Part shown: piece by piece, positions 57,613 to 62,533 of the stretch | How positions within the stretch are numbered: the stretch's first letter is position 1 | Layout: the number at the start of each line of letters is the position of its first letter | Source of the DNA: an uncultured Candidatus Saccharibacteria bacterium | GTDB taxonomy: Bacteria; Patescibacteriota; Saccharimonadia; Saccharimonadales; CAYVSP01 | Assembly (NCBI GenBank): GCA_964584265.1 | Contig: CAZOZI010000005.1 | Coordinates: 1 to 62,533 of the forward strand | Direction of reading: 5' to 3' | DNA length: 62,533 nucleotides | The notes under the pieces: model-generated | What the model was told of the DNA's origin: nothing | The model's input: only the letters and a program-made list of their open reading frames with translations | The model's database searches: none | Program-made: the position numbers and the translations under genes

Positions 57613-57633
57613 GTTTTACTCCAGTATATATTT

Positions 57634-57669
57634 AAAAACACCAGAACTACATTTGATTCTGATGTTTTT
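57634..57669 (-). terminator. Terminator-like hairpin after rpmE2
   Basis: aaaaacaccagaa / ttctgatgttttt arms. Confidence 0.55.
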
Positions 57670-57681
57670 AACAATCCTTAG

Positions 57682-58047
57682 TTATTCGTCAGCTGGCTTG
57701 GTTTCTTTAGGCTTACCGGCGCCCACTTTTTGAGCTTCTATTCTTTCATCCTTTTTAACACGTGTTTTTTGCTTGCGGCTGGCAGCTTCTTCGCGTTTTT
57801 TTACAGCAGCAGCAGAACGAGCCTTAAACTTATCGACGCGGCCTTCTATATCAACTAATTTTTCCTGGCCGGTGAAGAAGGGGTGTGAAGCACTAGAAAT
57901 ATGGACGCGTACCAATGGATATTCCACTCCGTCTAGTGTAATAGTTTCCTCGGTTGCTACGGTAGAGCGCGTCAAAAACGTCGTGTTGTCGTTTAAATCC
58001 TGAAACACGACTGGTCGATAGTTATCTGGGTGAAGATCTTTCTTCAT
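57682..58047 (-). CDS. rpmE2: 50S ribosomal protein L31 type B with basic C-terminal extension
   Basis: [31 protein letters not shown]; no Cys zinc ligands. Confidence 0.93.
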   Translation of the reverse strand: MKKDLHPDNYRPVVFQDLNDNTTFLTRSTVATEETITLDGVEYPLVRVHISSASHPFFTGQEKLVDIEGRVDKFKARSAAAVKKREEAASRKQKTRVKKDERIEAQKVGAGKPKETKPADE

Positions 58048-58067
58048 AGCTGCAGTAGTATACGAAG

Positions 58068-58190
58068 TTGCACATCATATGTCAATCTGTTAGACTAGCG
58101 CAGTTACTATTAATCAGTTTGGGTAGATTTCCTCCTGAGTGTGACTGTGTAGGAGCATTCGGGTGCCCAAATAAAGAGCAAGGAGAATCT
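58068..58190 (+). promoter_or_regulatory. rpsB promoter and structured 5' leader (candidate S2 autoregulatory RNA)
   Basis: TTGCAC, 17 bp, TAGACT (58068-96); tttgggt/gcccaaa and ctcct/aggag stems. Confidence 0.5.
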
Positions 58191-58982
58191 ATGGCAACAT
58201 CTACAGAGGTAGATATTAAAAAGTTATTAGAAGCAGGGGCACATTTTGGTCACAAGACTAGCCGCTGGCATCCTGGCATGCGTCAGTATATTCATTCCAA
58301 GCGAGACGGCAGTCACATTATTGACCTTACTAAAACCGTCGAAGGCTTAGAAACAGCCCTCGAATTCGTTTCTAAAACAGTAGGTGAGGGCAAACAAGTC
58401 CTCTTAGTTGGTACAAAACGCCAGTCTAAGGACATTGTGAGAGCCTTAGCAGATGCTACTAGCATGCCCTACGTAACTGAACGCTGGTTGGGAGGCATGC
58501 TCACCAATCAGGCTACTATAGGTGGACGTATTAAGCACCTTAAAGATCTCGAAACCAAAATGGACAGTGGCGCACTAGCTGCTAAGCACAATAAGCTTGA
58601 GTTGCAGCGGTTCCAGGAAGAAATTGACCATATGAATCACATATATGGTGGCATAAAACACATGGCGGCCAAGCCTGGCGCCGTCTTTGTGTTCGACATT
58701 GTGCATGACCATATACCGGTGCGTGAAGCGCGCAAATTGGAAGTCCCAGTGATTGGCGTAGTGGATACTAACGCTGACCCTGGCATGGTGGACTATGTGA
58801 TTCCATCTAACGATGATGCTATTAAGACTATCCAACTTATTGCTGACTATTTGAGTACAGCGATTGAAGCTGGTAAATCCGTGCATGCCAAGAACGCCCC
58901 TAAAGCGGAAGAGAAACCACGGTCTAGCGAAAAAGCTGTGGTTGAGAAGCCCAAAGTCGAAAAAGCAAAGTTGGATGGTTAA
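58191..58982 (+). CDS. rpsB: 30S ribosomal protein S2
   Basis: LLEAGAHFGH, VGTKRQ, RWLGGMLTN, DTNADP, NDDAI; start moved to ATG 58191. Confidence 0.97.
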   Translation: MATSTEVDIKKLLEAGAHFGHKTSRWHPGMRQYIHSKRDGSHIIDLTKTVEGLETALEFVSKTVGEGKQVLLVGTKRQSKDIVRALADATSMPYVTERWLGGMLTNQATIGGRIKHLKDLETKMDSGALAAKHNKLELQRFQEEIDHMNHIYGGIKHMAAKPGAVFVFDIVHDHIPVREARKLEVPVIGVVDTNADPGMVDYVIPSNDDAIKTIQLIADYLSTAIEAGKSVHAKNAPKAEEKPRSSEKAVVEKPKVEKAKLDG

Positions 58983-58983
58983 A

Positions 58984-59580
58984 ATGGCTACGAACATTGA
59001 AGACGTTAAAAGACTTAAAAATCTCACAGGTGTTGGTCTGACCGATGCCAAGAAGGCTCTAGAAGATACCAATGGCAACTTTGATAAAGCTCTTGAAGAG
59101 ATGCGCAAAAAAGGTCTCACAAAAGCAGAAAAAAGAGGTGAAAGGGAAGCTCGAGCAGGATTAGTAGGTACTTATAACCACGACGGGCGCATTGGTGTAT
59201 TAGTAGAAGTTAATTGTGAAACCGATTTTGTAGCCCGCAATGAACTGTTCACCAACTTAGTGAAAGATCTGGCTATGCATATTGCCGCCAGCGCGCCCGA
59301 GTTTGTATCATTTGAGGATGTAGATTCTGACATTCTCAAGAAAAGCAGAAAAGAGTTCGAAGAACAAGTTAAAGCTCAAGGTAAGCCAGACAACATGATC
59401 TTACAAATTGTTGATGGCATGCTAAAGAAATATTTTGGCGAGAAATGCCTAATGGACCAACCTTTCGTTAAAAATCCCGATCAAACCGTAGGTGATTACG
59501 TAAAAGAGCACAATGCCAAGCTAGGTGAAAATATCGTAGTGCGCCGTTTTGAGCGAATGGCGCTTGGCGAAGTTATTTAG
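58984..59580 (+). CDS. tsf: Elongation factor Ts (short form)
   Basis: LTGVGLTDAKKAL, EVNCETDFVA, VRRFER; start ATG 58984. Confidence 0.96.
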   Translation: MATNIEDVKRLKNLTGVGLTDAKKALEDTNGNFDKALEEMRKKGLTKAEKRGEREARAGLVGTYNHDGRIGVLVEVNCETDFVARNELFTNLVKDLAMHIAASAPEFVSFEDVDSDILKKSRKEFEEQVKAQGKPDNMILQIVDGMLKKYFGEKCLMDQPFVKNPDQTVGDYVKEHNAKLGENIVVRRFERMALGEVI

Positions 59581-59581
59581 C

Positions 59582-59875
59582 ATGGATACTGAGCTTGAAG
59601 GATTACTTTGTCAAGGATGTGAACTTAGGACTGCGGAAGGGTCTAGAGTCTTGTTGTGTGCTCGTGTTGCAAGAGAAGTTGTGCAGGTGTGGTGGGCAGG
59701 GAGCTTAGATGCTAACGTTCTTGATGTGTGCAGCGATGTTCGGTATACCGATAAACCACCGCTTAATGAAGGCGAGTGGGAAGCTGTAGAGATTTGTGTT
59801 TCAAGTCATTCGTCCGGTGGGTGTGGCAGATTGGTAAATCCGCCGGAAGGCAATATACTAGACCGTGAAGACTAG
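59582..59875 (+). CDS. Small Cys-rich hypothetical protein
   Basis: 97-aa ORF with six Cys, filling the tsf-frr gap. Confidence 0.5.
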   Translation: MDTELEGLLCQGCELRTAEGSRVLLCARVAREVVQVWWAGSLDANVLDVCSDVRYTDKPPLNEGEWEAVEICVSSHSSGGCGRLVNPPEGNILDRED

Positions 59876-59885
59876 AGGGAATTAA

Positions 59886-60449
59886 ATGAATCCAAATCAG
59901 TTAGTTGAACAGACCAAGATCAAGCTGCAAAATGCTGCTGCTCATTTTCAAGAAGAGCTCAAAAAACTTAGAACAGGCCGTGCACACCCCAGCATGCTTG
60001 ACGGCGTTACAGTAGAAGCCTACGGTACGCAAATGCCACTTATACAGGTTGGTAGTATCACAACGCCGGAGACCCAATTGCTGCAGATTACGCCGTTTGA
60101 TCCAAGCAATCTGCCGGCTATTTCAACTGCTATTCGCAACAATCAAAACCTTGGGCTAAATCCAATGGATGACGGGCGAGTGGTACGTATCCAAATTCCA
60201 CCACTTACCGAAGAGCGCCGTAAAGATTTTGTCAAAATTTTGGGTGGCAAAGTGGAAGATTGCATGGTGAGCCTACGCAATATTCGCCACGACGCCCAGA
60301 AAGAGTTGGATCAGGCCAAAAAGGATAGGGATATCGGCGAAGATGAATGGTCAAGAACACTGAAACAGATTGATGAAGCTATGGATAATGCCAAAAACGA
60401 TGTTGAATCGTCCGCCAAGGCCAAAGAGACCGAAATATTAACGGTTTAA
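59886..60449 (+). CDS. frr: Ribosome recycling factor
   Basis: LRTGRA, YG, PPLTEERRK, VSLRNIR. Confidence 0.96.
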   Translation: MNPNQLVEQTKIKLQNAAAHFQEELKKLRTGRAHPSMLDGVTVEAYGTQMPLIQVGSITTPETQLLQITPFDPSNLPAISTAIRNNQNLGLNPMDDGRVVRIQIPPLTEERRKDFVKILGGKVEDCMVSLRNIRHDAQKELDQAKKDRDIGEDEWSRTLKQIDEAMDNAKNDVESSAKAKETEILTV

Positions 60450-60472
60450 AGCGTCTGTTAAAATAGAATCAC

Positions 60473-61627
60473 ATGTCAGTCTTATTGCTTATTCTGGGAT
60501 TGTTATTGTTTGTATCGCTTGTTGTAGTACATGAACTTGGGCATTATATTGCGGCACGGCGTAACGATGTGGAAGTTGAAGAGTTCGGCATCGGCTTTCC
60601 TCCTATGGCGTGGAAAAGAAAGCTTAAAAACGGTACGCTTTTTACCTTAAATTGGCTACCTCTCGGTGGTTTTGTAAAGCTTAAGGGCGAGCATGATGCC
60701 GATAGAGAGCCAGGCAGTTTTGGGGCGGCCAGTTTGAGTGCAAAAACCAAGATTATGCTGGCTGGCGTCGGGATGAATTTGGTTGCGGCGTTTGTAATAC
60801 TCACTTTTCTAGCGGCAAGTGGCATGCCAACTATTATCAAGGGGCAATTTTCTGTGGATAGGGACGCTAAAGTCACCCAAGAAGTTGAGCACAAGGGTGA
60901 AGTTAAAGTTGTTGATGTGGTCAAAGACTCACCAGCTGAGCAGATCGGTCTGCAAAAAGGTGACTTGCTACTAAGCATTGCGGACACTGAAATTCACGAT
61001 CCTGATATGGTGAAGACCATCACAAAAGCACATGCACTGCAATCAACTCTCGTTGAGTTTCGTCGCAATGGCCAAGACATAACCCAGCAAGTAGTGTTAG
61101 GAAATAACTCAAACGGCAAGGGTTATTTAGGAGTAACCGTGGACAGCAATGAAAGTGGTGTACAAGTAAGGCGTTTTACATGGTCAGCTCCGATTGTAGC
61201 CGTTGGTTTTATGCGACAAGTTACTGTTCTGACGATAAAAGGAATCGGTACGGCACTTAAGGGCTTAGGCTCAACGCTGGCTGGTTTATTTACACGTAAT
61301 AAGGAAGCGCGCCAAGCCGGACAAAGCGAGGCTACGCAGCAGGTAACTGGACCTCTTGGCTTGTTTTACATTTTAAAATCAAGCACGGAGCTGGGGATTC
61401 GTTTTGTACTGATGATTATTGCCATTATTTCGCTGACTTTAGCAATTATGAACGCACTACCTATACCTGCACTTGATGGCGGCAGACTGTTTGTTTTATT
61501 ACTGTTTCGGGCAGCTAGAAAACCACTTACAAAAAGAAAAGAGGAATGGATACACGGCACTGGTTTTGCAGTACTTTTAATCTTGCTACTAGTAATAACA
61601 ATTGTTGATGCTAGGCGATTTCTCTGA
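60473..61627 (+). CDS. rseP: RseP-like M50 intramembrane zinc protease with PDZ domain
   Basis: VHELGH, LPLGGFVKL, AGVGMN, NALPIPALDGG. Confidence 0.92.
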   Translation: MSVLLLILGLLLFVSLVVVHELGHYIAARRNDVEVEEFGIGFPPMAWKRKLKNGTLFTLNWLPLGGFVKLKGEHDADREPGSFGAASLSAKTKIMLAGVGMNLVAAFVILTFLAASGMPTIIKGQFSVDRDAKVTQEVEHKGEVKVVDVVKDSPAEQIGLQKGDLLLSIADTEIHDPDMVKTITKAHALQSTLVEFRRNGQDITQQVVLGNNSNGKGYLGVTVDSNESGVQVRRFTWSAPIVAVGFMRQVTVLTIKGIGTALKGLGSTLAGLFTRNKEARQAGQSEATQQVTGPLGLFYILKSSTELGIRFVLMIIAIISLTLAIMNALPIPALDGGRLFVLLLFRAARKPLTKRKEEWIHGTGFAVLLILLLVITIVDARRFL

Positions 61628-62398
61628 ATGGACGAGACTCAAGAAATACATCCGGCCAAAAAGTCCTTTAGTTGGAGTGCTTCAACCGGCATCGCCGTAA
61701 CTATCGTGATTTATCTGGTGGCGCAGCTAGCCGCCGGGTTGCTTATATATCTATACCCAATCCTAAGAGGCTGGTCAAACTTCAAAAGTAGCCAATGGTT
61801 AGACCATTCAGTCGTTGCCCAGTTTGCATTTGTAGTATTAGTTGAGGCGATTACGGTCTGGCTGCTCTATAAGTTTCTCAAACGCTATAAAACGAACTTT
61901 CGGGCACTTGGCTTGTTACGACCAAAATTTCGGGACGTTGGCTATGCTTTAACTGGTTTTGCGGTGTACTTGCCGCTCTACGTCATCAGTATATCTATTG
62001 TCGAAGCCTTCGTGCCCAATTTAAACCTGGGCCAAAAACAACAGCTTGGTTTTGAGAATGCCAGTGGCCACACACTTATTTTAGTATTTATCAGTTTAGT
62101 TTTACTCCCACCAATTGTTGAAGAGCTCTTAGTACGAGGCTTTTTGTATGGCAGTCTTAAGGCTCACTGGCCAAAAGCACAAGCCGTTATAGTAACGAGT
62201 GCTCTATTTGCTGTTGCCCATTTACAGATTGGCAGTGGGGCGCCGCTACTTTGGGTCGCTGCAATCGATACATTCATTCTCTCACTAGTACTTATTTACT
62301 TGCGTGATAAGACTGGCAGCTTAGCAGCCTCGATCATGCTGCATATGCTAAAAAACGGCATTGCCTTCCTAAGTTTATTTATATTTCACCTTAGCTAA
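61628..62398 (+). CDS. CPBP (CAAX protease/Abi) family intramembrane metalloprotease
   Basis: PIVEELLVRG, FAVAH, SIMLHMLKN. Confidence 0.9.
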   Translation: MDETQEIHPAKKSFSWSASTGIAVTIVIYLVAQLAAGLLIYLYPILRGWSNFKSSQWLDHSVVAQFAFVVLVEAITVWLLYKFLKRYKTNFRALGLLRPKFRDVGYALTGFAVYLPLYVISISIVEAFVPNLNLGQKQQLGFENASGHTLILVFISLVLLPPIVEELLVRGFLYGSLKAHWPKAQAVIVTSALFAVAHLQIGSGAPLLWVAAIDTFILSLVLIYLRDKTGSLAASIMLHMLKNGIAFLSLFIFHLS

Positions 62399-62533
62399 TG
62401 GTAGAATGGCAGTAAGATGTGTGGACTTACGAATCTCCCGCAACCACTCATGCCGGCCAACCGGCCGTAATATTCTACAATTTGCTGTTTTCTTTATGAC
62501 AAATTAACAGGGAGATATATTGACATGAGAGTA

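Noticed and set aside
247-61560. Many antisense or nested ORFs in the six-frame track (e.g. 247-777, 18334-19173, 32264-32809, 37660-38283, 44804-45352, 58575-59120)
   Set aside because: They shadow well-supported genes on the other strand or frame and lack recognisable motifs.
1-62533. tRNA, rRNA, tmRNA, transposase or integrase genes
   Set aside because: No T-arm GTTCGA cloverleaf, rRNA signature, DDE, HUH or tyrosine-recombinase motif was recognised. Checked by eye only.

Overview
A 62.5-kb chromosomal window from a Patescibacteria (CPR) genome, most likely Saccharibacteria (TM7). This call is inferred from DUF5663, the KGG protein, an ileS starting MKFKQGTRR and a giant Gly/Ser/Thr surface protein. 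TGA is used as a stop codon, consistent with code 11. The right three-quarters is mostly housekeeping genes (rpsA, infB, fmt/def, priA, rpsU, adk, map, ftsA/Z, nrdR/nrdJ, ileS, rplU, parAB, lepB, LCP, htrA, prmC, prfA, rpmE2, rpsB, tsf, frr, rseP), with isolated ORFans and large surface proteins between them. The left ~16 kb is accessory. Main observation: all ten consecutive intergenic spacers from 1740 to 8530 each hold one copy of a ~20-bp motif (consensus AAAAGATATTGCTTGYGGTT). Every copy is on the same strand whether the flanking genes are convergent, divergent or tandem. The copies cut the region into nine single-gene units of unrelated cargo. This resembles a gene-cassette array with a short non-attC recombination site, but that is an inference and no recombinase is in the window. 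Second observation: ileS is preceded by an actinobacterial-type T-box riboswitch (ultrashort Stem I, AUC specifier) with a ~167-nt structured insertion in Stem II. Also seen: widespread -10/N6-7/start (leaderless) architecture, folded palindromic elements, and recent exact duplications inside the giant surface gene. No tRNA, rRNA, CRISPR array or transposase was recognised. All product calls come from motifs recognised by eye, not from database searches.
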